Source: a virus. Taken from it: 64,000 nucleotides of DNA. The position numbers were made by a program, and so were the translations under genes. The notes beneath the pieces were generated by a model. It made no database searches. It saw only the letters and a program-made list of their open reading frames with translations, and had not been told where the DNA came from. How positions within the stretch are numbered: the first letter of the stretch is position 1; each line of letters begins with the position of its first letter. The stretch is from IMG/VR virus record IMGVR_UViG_3300029448_000009, positions 21,155 through 85,154 of that record, one strand, 5' to 3'. Of the stretch, positions 9,352 to 17,337 are shown piece after piece.

Positions 9352-9387
9352 CAATATTAAACAATTCCTACAACAAATGCAAGTATT
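9352..9387 (-). promoter_or_regulatory. Promoter-like motif AATACTTG-N13-AATTGTTTAATATTG
   Basis: Near-duplicate of the plus-strand promoter at 12721-12756, with the same two blocks and the same 13-nt spacer. The -7 box has one mismatch. Confidence 0.5.
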
Positions 9388-9389
9388 AT

Positions 9390-9596
9390 TATTAATATAT
9401 ATAAATAATTTGAAATATCTATTTTCATAATATTGCAATATACTAATCTAATGTTAGATAAATATTAATAGAATGTAAAAAAATTATTAAAAAAATTTTT
9501 TTAAAAAAATCTGTGAGAGTGTGGGGGTATTAAGAACCGCACCCCATCAAGTTGTTGTATTAACAACAGCCCTACGGGCTCTTAAATTATTTATTT
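9390..9596. other. Divergent strand-switch region: AT-rich tract followed by three tandem hairpins (candidate origin, genome terminus or early promoter)
   Basis: Almost pure A/T at 9390-9510, then TGGGG/CCCCA, GTTGTT/AACAAC and AGCCC-TAC-GGGCT just before the first plus-strand gene. Confidence 0.4.
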
Positions 9597-9884
9597 ATGT
9601 CAAACAAAACTAAATTATATGCTATTAAGTACAACGATGTAAACAACGTTGTAACACTATGTGACCAACCACTAGGTGGTGGTACACAAGTAAATGTACT
9701 TGGCGACACAGCTAAGCTGTTCGACCAAGATCTCAAACCTACAAGGTTTGCTTCTTATAAAATCTTAGATAGTGCAAGCACTACCGAAGAGTTAAAGAAG
9801 AAGTTTTCTAAACCAATTGAACTCACAGAGCTCAAATGGGGAGAACAGAAGGACGGCGTCCTCTACAATGTAGAGAAAGCCTAA
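9597..9884 (+). CDS. Hypothetical early protein (first gene of the plus-strand module)
   Basis: 95-aa ORF with an AT-rich leader, followed by a terminator. Confidence 0.7.
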   Translation: MSNKTKLYAIKYNDVNNVVTLCDQPLGGGTQVNVLGDTAKLFDQDLKPTRFASYKILDSASTTEELKKKFSKPIELTELKWGEQKDGVLYNVEKA

Positions 9885-9889
9885 CCTTC

Positions 9890-9918
9890 AAGGGGGACTA
9901 ACGTCCCCTTTTTTATTT
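9890..9918 (+). terminator. Intrinsic terminator
   Basis: AGGGGGAC-TAAC-GTCCCCTT hairpin followed by TTTTATTT, just after the stop at 9884. Confidence 0.8.
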
Positions 9919-10208
9919 ATCGTGTGCGGATCTGATACTATTGGCTTTTATTGTGTGTGTATGTGCTTGCCAGCCATCACACGCATGATTTCACCGTGTA
10001 TCATGTCCTTAACTTATTTACTTAATCATATAATATAACACTTATAACAATATAGAAAGGCTGTACCTGTTTTCACAGATAGTAGTATTTATACTGCAAC
10101 AGCGTAATCCTGAACATGATGACAAACTGTTCAAATCTAACAGAGTAAACTGTATAAATCATTATTATAAACTTAATTAATAGGTCGTGTCTCACCACTA
10201 ATTAAATT

Positions 10209-10415
10209 ATGAAAACATTAAAAACAATTTTTAATCTTGCAAAATACTTTGTAGTCTTTGCACTTATGTTAATCCTTATGTTAGGTGGTGCATATTTCTT
10301 TATATGGTCAATAATACTTTCATTTAAGTACATTGCTATATTCTTACTTGCATCAGTTGCATTTGGAATGGGAGCGTTTATGCTGAATACAGTAGTAGAT
10401 TCATTAAACAAATGA
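10209..10415 (+). CDS. Small membrane protein (two predicted transmembrane segments)
   Basis: 68 aa, almost entirely hydrophobic. Confidence 0.65.
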   Translation: MKTLKTIFNLAKYFVVFALMLILMLGGAYFFIWSIILSFKYIAIFLLASVAFGMGAFMLNTVVDSLNK

Positions 10416-10477
10416 GTCTATTCATAATATCAATATTGTTAGTAATTATATATGTAATATTGTATGAAGCATTATAG
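10412..10477 (+). CDS. Putative 21-aa membrane peptide
   Basis: MSLFIISILLVIIYVILYEAL, with an ATGA overlap on the upstream stop. Confidence 0.4.
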   Translation: MSLFIISILLVIIYVILYEAL

Positions 10478-10519
10478 GGGTAGATCTATTGTTAAGGTGA
10501 TCTACCCTTATATTTATTT
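10473..10519 (+). terminator. Hairpin terminator or processing stem
   Basis: TATAGGGGTAGATC / GATCTACCCTTATA, a 14-bp stem with one G.U pair, followed by TTTATTT. Confidence 0.6.
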
Positions 10520-10541
10520 AACTTACTTAAACTTAGAACTT

Positions 10542-10805
10542 ATGAACATTGTAAAAATAGAACCGTGTAAAGAGTGTGGCTCAAATCGTGGGCAATTAAT
10601 GGAACTAAAGACAACAGTAGCTGACTGTATTAAATGTGGTCATCTATGTGATGTAGATACTGTTGTGTATGAATATGATGAAGCAGTTAATGATATTATA
10701 GAATGTCATGTTGCACATCAAGCAGAACAAAAAGAACTAACAGAATGGGAAGAACAACAGCTGTTAGATTATGGATATGTAAAATATAAACCTAAAAATA
10801 AATAG
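10542..10805 (+). CDS. Zn-ribbon protein
   Basis: CKECGS...CIKCGH. Likely start is MNIVKIEP at 10542, after the hairpin. Confidence 0.6.
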   Translation: MNIVKIEPCKECGSNRGQLMELKTTVADCIKCGHLCDVDTVVYEYDEAVNDIIECHVAHQAEQKELTEWEEQQLLDYGYVKYKPKNK

Positions 10806-10807
10806 AT

Positions 10808-11398
10808 ATGGGAATGGATGTATATGGGTTAAACCCAACAATAACAGGAGACAAACCAGGGTTTCCTGATAATTTTAGAGACTTATCACAAAAAGCACAA
10901 GATTATTATTGGGAGTTAGATAAAGAGTGGGATGATAATAATCCTGGTTATTACTTTAGAGCTAATATATGGTCATGGCGTGTAATACATGCATTGTGTG
11001 ATGCTGCTATTTCAAAATATGAGCTTGACATGAACACAGAAGGATGGGGTCATAACTCTGGTCATGGTCTTAAGATTACCTCTGAGTGTTACAAACTTGC
11101 AGATGCTCTTGAGGATTTTGTAGAAAGTATGGATGATAATAAGATAGATAGAATTGGTATTAATATGGGTATGTGGACTGTTAGAGGAGAGAATGGGTAT
11201 AATTTTAAAGAGTTAGATGAAGCTGATAGAAATACATTAGATATATTGTATCCAGGTGTTATAGATAGATTACCTATTGAATTTAAAACTAAGAGTGGTG
11301 AAGAAATAGAAGTTTATCCTAGTCATCATACTGATATAGATCATTTAAAAGAGTTTATAAATTTTTTACGAAATTGTAATGGTTTTGAAATAATATGA
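10808..11398 (+). CDS. Hypothetical phage protein
   Basis: 196-aa acidic ORF: MGMDVYG...GYYFRANIWSWR...EFINFLRNCNGFEI. Confidence 0.7.
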   Translation: MGMDVYGLNPTITGDKPGFPDNFRDLSQKAQDYYWELDKEWDDNNPGYYFRANIWSWRVIHALCDAAISKYELDMNTEGWGHNSGHGLKITSECYKLADALEDFVESMDDNKIDRIGINMGMWTVRGENGYNFKELDEADRNTLDILYPGVIDRLPIEFKTKSGEEIEVYPSHHTDIDHLKEFINFLRNCNGFEII

Positions 11399-11478
11399 TA
11401 GAAATAGCAATTTACAGTCTATTAGTAGGGATAGCAATAGGCATGTATATAACAACACAAATAGATAAAAAGTTATGA
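11395..11478 (+). CDS. Putative 27-aa membrane peptide
   Basis: MIEIAIYSLLVGIAIGMYITTQIDKKL, with ATGA overlaps at both ends. Confidence 0.5.
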   Translation: MIEIAIYSLLVGIAIGMYITTQIDKKL

Positions 11479-11639
11479 TGAATAAATTAAAATACTATAT
11501 AATAGCGTGGTTGCAAGGGAGAAAAGCAGCCACGACATTTGCTATAGAAAGGCAAATTGGTGATTTAAAGAAATATGATCGTAGAAAAGAAAGGTCATGG
11601 ATATATTGGAATAATAAAATAATGACACCATGGAATTAG
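11475..11639 (+). CDS. Small hypothetical protein (54 aa)
   Basis: MMNKLKYYIIAWLQGRK...MTPWN, overlapping both neighbours. Confidence 0.45.
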   Translation: MMNKLKYYIIAWLQGRKAATTFAIERQIGDLKKYDRRKERSWIYWNNKIMTPWN

Positions 11640-11743
11640 ACGTTATTAGTGAGTGCTGTGATGCACCAACAAACTCAGACACACCTATTTGTACAAGTTG
11701 TAATGAATGGTGTGACTATTATTACGAAGAAGATTTAGAATAA
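11630..11743 (+). CDS. Small Cys-rich (Zn-ribbon-like) protein, 37 aa
   Basis: MELDVISECCDAPTNSDTPICTSCNEWCDYYYEEDLE carries a SxCCxA...CxxCxExC pattern seen in small phage proteins. Confidence 0.55.
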   Translation: MELDVISECCDAPTNSDTPICTSCNEWCDYYYEEDLE

Positions 11744-11770
11744 ATACTAACATTTAAAAACCTTAACAAC

Positions 11771-12064
11771 ATGTACAAAGTAAAATTTGAATGTGATTTA
11801 CTAGGAGATCACACAGCAAATGTCCTAGATTTATGTGAAACAGATACAATTCAATTTAATAGTGCATTTGATGCAATTTTATTTATTGAGGATTGTACAA
11901 ATGCAATAACTACGGTCGGGGAGATCATACCGTGGTTAGCCAAAAATGAGATATATTTTGAAGAAATGAGTCAACAAGCAAGACCATTCTCAGAAATGTC
12001 TAAAGATGCAGGCAATATACATTTAATAACAAACACAAATGATTTCAAACAATTAATTAAATAA
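11771..12064 (+). CDS. Hypothetical protein
   Basis: 97-aa ORF with an A-rich leader. Confidence 0.6.
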   Translation: MYKVKFECDLLGDHTANVLDLCETDTIQFNSAFDAILFIEDCTNAITTVGEIIPWLAKNEIYFEEMSQQARPFSEMSKDAGNIHLITNTNDFKQLIK

Positions 12065-12083
12065 CATTAAAAATAAGAATATT

Positions 12084-12707
12084 ATGGAAAATAATCTTAA
12101 TAGTGGATCAATAGAATCCCTACAACCAGGCCAAACATTATTGATTGGTGCAAGACAAGTAAACAATGGCAAGATTCAATTAGAATTTGCAGAGAAAATA
12201 TCTGCAAGTGATAAACCTGCTAATGCTTTATCTTTATTAAATGCTAGTGATAGCAGATTTAGCAGTGGTGCTAGAAGATCATGGACAACTGCAGAACCAG
12301 TTGATGCAACTAAAACATTTGGAGTAGATTTTTCTGAAGGAAACCAAGATTGGTACAGCAGTGAAAGAGGTATGCAAATGGATCTTAATATCTTAAACCC
12401 ATTTGTTGCTTTAAATGGAACAGACTACAGATTTAAAATGAGAATTGTAGAAGTTACATCTAAAGAAGCTAATGAGTGGGAACTAGATAACGTAGAAAAA
12501 GCTGCTAAACGTGCAGGTAAAGATGGTGATTATATTACTCATAGTGGTGATTACATCTTCTCAAGAACAGAAATGGTTCTTGCTAAACCTGAGCAGAAAA
12601 TAGTTCATACATTATTAGAGTCTGATACACAGACTACACAAACACCTGTAAATCAGGGGGTTACAGCTGATAAAGTTGTAGAGACAGCCGATGAATTTAT
12701 AGTATAA
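12084..12707 (+). CDS. Hypothetical protein (beta-rich, acidic tail)
   Basis: 207-aa ORF. No family recognised. Confidence 0.7.
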   Translation: MENNLNSGSIESLQPGQTLLIGARQVNNGKIQLEFAEKISASDKPANALSLLNASDSRFSSGARRSWTTAEPVDATKTFGVDFSEGNQDWYSSERGMQMDLNILNPFVALNGTDYRFKMRIVEVTSKEANEWELDNVEKAAKRAGKDGDYITHSGDYIFSRTEMVLAKPEQKIVHTLLESDTQTTQTPVNQGVTADKVVETADEFIV

Positions 12708-12720
12708 ATAAATTCTTTAT

Positions 12721-12756
12721 AATACTTGTGTATTATAAATAAATTGTTTATATTTG
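12721..12756 (+). promoter_or_regulatory. Bacteroidota-type promoter upstream of the replication operon
   Basis: TTG-N20-TATATTTG matches the -33/-7 consensus. Confidence 0.65.
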
Positions 12757-12838
12757 CTTGTGTGATATTAGAGATAACAGATCTTAAATAATTTGTTGTT
12801 AATACAATCTAATTAAAAACCAAGCAAATGTGTGTAAG

Positions 12839-12871
12839 TAAGGGGGAACCAAAAGTTTCCCCTTATTTTTT
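12839..12871 (+). terminator. Intrinsic terminator
   Basis: TAAGGGGGAAC-CAAAA-GTTTCCCCTTA followed by TTTTTT. Confidence 0.75.
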
Positions 12872-12877
12872 CTAGTA

Positions 12878-13078
12878 ATGTTTAAACTCTGCGTAATGGG
12901 ACATATGAAATCTATTGAGCAAATGGTTCGAGACGGATCATTTGACTCTGAGTTTATGCCTTCTTATAAAAAGGCAATTGATAAAGATCAAAACACATTT
13001 ATATTTGCAGGACAAAGATACAATATAGAATACGGGAGAGCCGTAGTTAACTTTGTTATAAAACACAAAAACATATGA
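12878..13078 (+). CDS. Hypothetical protein
   Basis: Short ORF (possible start MGHMK at 12896) overlapping the polA start as ATGA. Confidence 0.55.
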   Translation: MFKLCVMGHMKSIEQMVRDGSFDSEFMPSYKKAIDKDQNTFIFAGQRYNIEYGRAVVNFVIKHKNI

Positions 13079-14970
13079 TTTATTATATAGGAAATAAAGG
13101 TTTATCAGCAGACATTAGTTGTTGTATTAATGCAACTACAGATTTTGCAGTTAGTTATCTAAAAGATAAAGAGGTATTAGGTGTCGATACAGAAACAGAA
13201 GGTATGGACTTTACTTCTAAGAAAATGATAATGTTCCAAATAGGTGATAAGACTCATCAATTTATATTTGATACAAGAGTAGCATCTATTGAACCTTTAC
13301 GAGAAATATTAGAAAGCAAGAAAATCATTAAAATATTACATAATGCTAAATTTGATTATAAATTCATTAGAAAATGGGCTAATATAGAGCTAGTTAATGT
13401 TTATGATACATTTTTAACAGAAAGAGTGCTACACTGTGGTAAAAGAGGACCAAAATATGGGTTAAAAGACTTAGTTAAAAACTATTTTGATAAAGACTTG
13501 GACAAAGACACAAGAAATCAATTTGTTAAATTACAAGGACAACCTTATACTGATAAACAAATGCAGTATGGTGCTGAAGACGTAGAATATCTAATTGACA
13601 TTAGATTAAAACAATTACCACAAATAGCAGATAAAAAATTAGAAGAGTTAGTTCAGCTTGAAAACATGGCTGTGCTAGCTTTCTCTGATATAGAATACAA
13701 CGGATTAGATTTAGATCAAGAAGCATGGTTAAAACTTGACAATGAGAATGAAGGTAAAGCCAAAGAGTATTATCAAGATTTAGACAATGCAGTCTTACAA
13801 GATCCAAGATTAGAACCGTTTGTATTAAAATATGTTCAAGGAGATTTATTCACTGGACATGAAGAGTTGAGAAAAGTTGGTGTGAATTGGGACTCACCTA
13901 AACAGGTGTTAAGAGTCTTTAATGCGCTAATCCCTGAGTTAGAAAATGTTAATGGTAAAGAACTGTATAAGCATAGAAAATATGGCTTAGTTAGCAAGTA
14001 CATACGATACAAAGAGTATATGAAGCTCTGTACATCATATGGTAAACCATTCTTTAAATACTTTAAGAGTGATGGCAAGATTCACACTAACTTTCATCAA
14101 ATACTGGATACGGGGCGTGTAAGCTCTAGTGATCCTAATATGCAACAAATTCCTGCAAACAATGACTTTAGAAATTGTTTCATAGCTCCTGAAGGCTGGT
14201 CGTTTGTAAGCTCTGACTACACTAGTCAAGAGTTAAACGTCATTGCTTTTGGTTCTAAAGATCCTGTTTGGATACAAGCATTAGAAGATGGACAAGATCT
14301 TCACAGTGTATGTGCTGAACTAGTTTATAAGGAAAAGTGGAGTAAGGCTGCTGAAGACAATTGTGCTTACCTTGGGGGTAAGGTTAAGTGTGAATGTCCT
14401 CAGCACCAAACTCTCAGAAATAATGTTAAAGCAATTAACTTTGGTTTAGCTTATGGTATGGGTCCATTTAAATTAGCAGATACTTTACAAATTAGTAAAC
14501 AAGCTGCTGTAGATTTAATAGATGAATATTTTAAAGCATTTCCTTCTATTAAAGGGTTTTTAGAAAAGCTTGGTAACTTTGGTAAACAATATGGTTACAT
14601 TAAAACTTTTCCCCCATTTAATAGAAAGAGATGGTTTAGTACATGGTATCCACGAATTTGGAACAATAGATCTTCTATAATGGAGGTTGGTAGTATTGAA
14701 CGTGCATCTAAAAATACTCCTATTCAAGGTGCAAGTGCAGACATGACTAAATTAGCGTTAGTAATTATTCACAAACATATTAAAGAGAATAATCTACCTG
14801 TTAAAATGGTAATGACTGTACATGATCAGATAGATACTATTTGTAGTAACAGCTACACTAAAACATGGAAAAAACAAATGACTCTATTAATGGAACAAGC
14901 AGCAAGAACTATAGTAACTAATGGACTATTGAAAGCAGATACACACATATCTAAAACATGGTCAAAATAA
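13075..14970 (+). CDS. polA: DNA polymerase, family A, with 3'-5' exonuclease domain
   Basis: ExoI DTET, ExoII HNAKFD, ExoIII YGAEDV, TGRVSSSDPNMQQIP, motif A SDYTSQE, motif B RNNVKAINFGLAYG, motif C VHDQI. Confidence 0.95.
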   Translation: MIYYIGNKGLSADISCCINATTDFAVSYLKDKEVLGVDTETEGMDFTSKKMIMFQIGDKTHQFIFDTRVASIEPLREILESKKIIKILHNAKFDYKFIRKWANIELVNVYDTFLTERVLHCGKRGPKYGLKDLVKNYFDKDLDKDTRNQFVKLQGQPYTDKQMQYGAEDVEYLIDIRLKQLPQIADKKLEELVQLENMAVLAFSDIEYNGLDLDQEAWLKLDNENEGKAKEYYQDLDNAVLQDPRLEPFVLKYVQGDLFTGHEELRKVGVNWDSPKQVLRVFNALIPELENVNGKELYKHRKYGLVSKYIRYKEYMKLCTSYGKPFFKYFKSDGKIHTNFHQILDTGRVSSSDPNMQQIPANNDFRNCFIAPEGWSFVSSDYTSQELNVIAFGSKDPVWIQALEDGQDLHSVCAELVYKEKWSKAAEDNCAYLGGKVKCECPQHQTLRNNVKAINFGLAYGMGPFKLADTLQISKQAAVDLIDEYFKAFPSIKGFLEKLGNFGKQYGYIKTFPPFNRKRWFSTWYPRIWNNRSSIMEVGSIERASKNTPIQGASADMTKLALVIIHKHIKENNLPVKMVMTVHDQIDTICSNSYTKTWKKQMTLLMEQAARTIVTNGLLKADTHISKTWSK

Positions 14971-14978
14971 TTTAAATT

Positions 14979-15386
14979 ATGAAATACGAAGTAAGTAAAG
15001 GTCATCCTAGATATAAAGAAGCTATGCATATGATTGAAATAATGTGCAAAGCTTTAGGAACTAAAAAGGGTGAATTAAGAAATGTTACTAGAACTAGAAA
15101 TCTAGTAGATGCTAGGCGTGTGTGCTATGTATTGTTAGCTGAAAGGCTACAAATGCCTACATTACATATAGCTGGTTATTTTGATAAAGACCATGCTACA
15201 GTTAGACATAGTCTTCTACAACATGATAGTTTTTATCAGTTTGATAAAGACTATAGAATACAATTTGATTATGTTAAAAGCATAGTAGATAAAAATGAAT
15301 ATGTGGAAGAAGATGTTTATGATGTAATTAATAATTTGTTATTAAGAGTAGAAATATTAGAAGGTAAATTAAAGAAAGCGTTATGA
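14979..15386 (+). CDS. DnaA domain IV-like helix-turn-helix protein
   Basis: RTRNLVDARRVCYVL...IAGYFDKDHATVRHS resembles the DnaA C-terminal signature (R..iv.aRq.amYL...IG..f.RDHtTV.ha). Confidence 0.7.
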   Translation: MKYEVSKGHPRYKEAMHMIEIMCKALGTKKGELRNVTRTRNLVDARRVCYVLLAERLQMPTLHIAGYFDKDHATVRHSLLQHDSFYQFDKDYRIQFDYVKSIVDKNEYVEEDVYDVINNLLLRVEILEGKLKKAL

Positions 15387-15610
15387 AATCACATTACACA
15401 AAGAAAATAAATGATTGGGAACTAAATATAGAATATAATTATATACCAGCTGAAGCTTCTACACAAGACTATCCAGGGGTGGGGAGTAGTGTAGAAGTGG
15501 AAGCTGCGTATTTGTTTGAGAAAGATATCTCAGATTTTTTGTATGAGTTTTGTCCCGATGAAATGTATGAATTAGAAAAAGAAATAACTGAATACCATGA
15601 AGATAATTAA
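15383..15610 (+). CDS. Hypothetical protein
   Basis: 75-aa acidic ORF coupled to its neighbours. Confidence 0.6.
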   Translation: MKSHYTKKINDWELNIEYNYIPAEASTQDYPGVGSSVEVEAAYLFEKDISDFLYEFCPDEMYELEKEITEYHEDN

Positions 15611-16796
15611 AACAATGAGTAACTGCATAGAAATAAAAGATAGAGAACAGAAAAAAGCACTGAATGCATGGGCTAAAGCTGGATTTAAAGGATCTGTAAT
15701 TGCAGGTACTGGATTTGGTAAGTCCCGTGTAGGCGTGCTAGCTGTAGGTGAAACCTTAAGAAGGAATCAAGCAGCTAGAGGAATAGTATTAGTCCCAACC
15801 ATACAATTGCAAGAACAGTTTGAAGATGAATTTAATAAATGGAAATATTCAGATGTGCTAGATCGCGTTGATATTGTTTGTTATCAGTCTGCATATAAAC
15901 TACAAAATCAATTTTATAATATTGTAGTAGCAGATGAGATACACTTAGGTTTAAGTACAGAACACATTAAATTTTTTGAAAACAATACATGTGATAGATT
16001 ATTATGTATGACTGCAACTCAACCTGAAGAATTAGAATACAAAGCAAAGTTAATGACTCTTGCTCCTGTAGCCTATGAATTAACATTGGATGAGTGTGTA
16101 GGGTTAGGATTAGTATCTCCTTATAAAATTTATTGTTTACCTGTTACATTGACAGAGGAAGAGGCTAAAGATTATAAAAAAGCAAATAACATGTTTGTTC
16201 ACTACAAATATAAGTTGGGACAATTTGATGCTTTTAACGAAGCCAAAAGAATTCTTGCTAGCAGTAATGCTGGTGGTCATGAAAAACAATGGGCTGTATT
16301 ATTTTATAAAGCTATTAGACAGCGTAAAGCTATAGTAGATTTTGCGATTAATAAAATTACTGCAATACAAAAGATAGTATTATCTAACTTAAAGAAAAGA
16401 GTATTAACATTTTCAGGTGCTAATGATTTTACAGATCAAATCTGTGAAGCGTTAGAACCTCTTGCATTAGCATATCATTCTAAAAAGACAAAAAAGCAAA
16501 AAGAAAACGCATTAACGTCTTTTAAGGATAAAAAAGTTAATGTATTGTGTTCAACTAAAGCACTTAATCAAGGTTTTGATGTGCCTGATGCAGACTATGG
16601 TATTATATCTGGACTAACAAGTAAATCATTAACTATGATCCAACGTGTGGGACGATTACTACGTTTTCAAGAAGAAAAAGTAGGTAAAATTGTTGTTCTT
16701 TATATAAAAGATACACAAGAAGAAAAGTGGTTAAAATCAGCAGTAAAAGGTTTAACTAATGTCAATTGGATTGACAAAATAAATGAAATAAATTAG
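15597..16796 (+). CDS. Superfamily 2 DNA helicase (DExH)
   Basis: Motif I GTGFGKS, II DEIH, III MTAT, V LNQGFDVP, VI QRVGRLLR. Confidence 0.9.
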   Translation: MKIIKTMSNCIEIKDREQKKALNAWAKAGFKGSVIAGTGFGKSRVGVLAVGETLRRNQAARGIVLVPTIQLQEQFEDEFNKWKYSDVLDRVDIVCYQSAYKLQNQFYNIVVADEIHLGLSTEHIKFFENNTCDRLLCMTATQPEELEYKAKLMTLAPVAYELTLDECVGLGLVSPYKIYCLPVTLTEEEAKDYKKANNMFVHYKYKLGQFDAFNEAKRILASSNAGGHEKQWAVLFYKAIRQRKAIVDFAINKITAIQKIVLSNLKKRVLTFSGANDFTDQICEALEPLALAYHSKKTKKQKENALTSFKDKKVNVLCSTKALNQGFDVPDADYGIISGLTSKSLTMIQRVGRLLRFQEEKVGKIVVLYIKDTQEEKWLKSAVKGLTNVNWIDKINEIN

Positions 16797-16797
16797 G

Positions 16798-17337
16798 ATG
16801 AAAATAGAAATTGACTTATCTTTACTTCAGGATATAGGCTTACGTCCTGACGATTATATATATCTTTATAGTATTTACAGAAAAGCATATTCGTATGCTG
16901 GTAAATTGCGTGTGTCACCCAGATTAGAAACTGATGGGTGGATTGTTTACGGTGAAGACGTTACTAAACACGTTATACAACAAAAATTTAGAGATCTATT
17001 CGTTAGTGATACAGATGCTATGTTTGCAGAATTATGTTCTGCATACCCTTTTAAAGTAGAATCCCCTACACGTGGTGTAAGGGTTCTACACGCAAAGGAT
17101 CCAAAGGCAGCTAGCAATAAAAAAGCTAGAAATAAATATAAAAAGATTGTAAGTAATAAACCGCATTTGCATAGTCATGTTATGCATTGCTTAAAGATGC
17201 AGCTTTCTCACGAAGGTGACAACTTAGGTTACTTACAAAATTTTGAAACTTGGATAAATAATCATACGTGGGAAAAGTATGAAGATATGAACATAAAAGA
17301 CATTAACGATGACAGAAGAATCACAAGACAGCTCTGA
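16798..17337 (+). CDS. Putative replication initiator or helicase loader
   Basis: FAELCSAYPFK...NFETWINNHTW resembles the C-terminus of phage replisome organisers. Lies directly before dnaB. Confidence 0.45.
   Translation: MKIEIDLSLLQDIGLRPDDYIYLYSIYRKAYSYAGKLRVSPRLETDGWIVYGEDVTKHVIQQKFRDLFVSDTDAMFAELCSAYPFKVESPTRGVRVLHAKDPKAASNKKARNKYKKIVSNKPHLHSHVMHCLKMQLSHEGDNLGYLQNFETWINNHTWEKYEDMNIKDINDDRRITRQL

Noticed and set aside
10060-10153. Hammerhead ribozyme in the three-way junction
   Set aside because: The conserved core nucleotides are missing from the junction, so it is kept only as an unassigned structure.
9045-10208. tRNA genes or a CRISPR array in the non-coding regions
   Set aside because: No cloverleaf with T-loop consensus and no regularly spaced direct repeats were seen.
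4031-14970. Introns or inteins in terL or polA
   Set aside because: Both genes are uninterrupted, of ordinary length and have normally spaced motifs.
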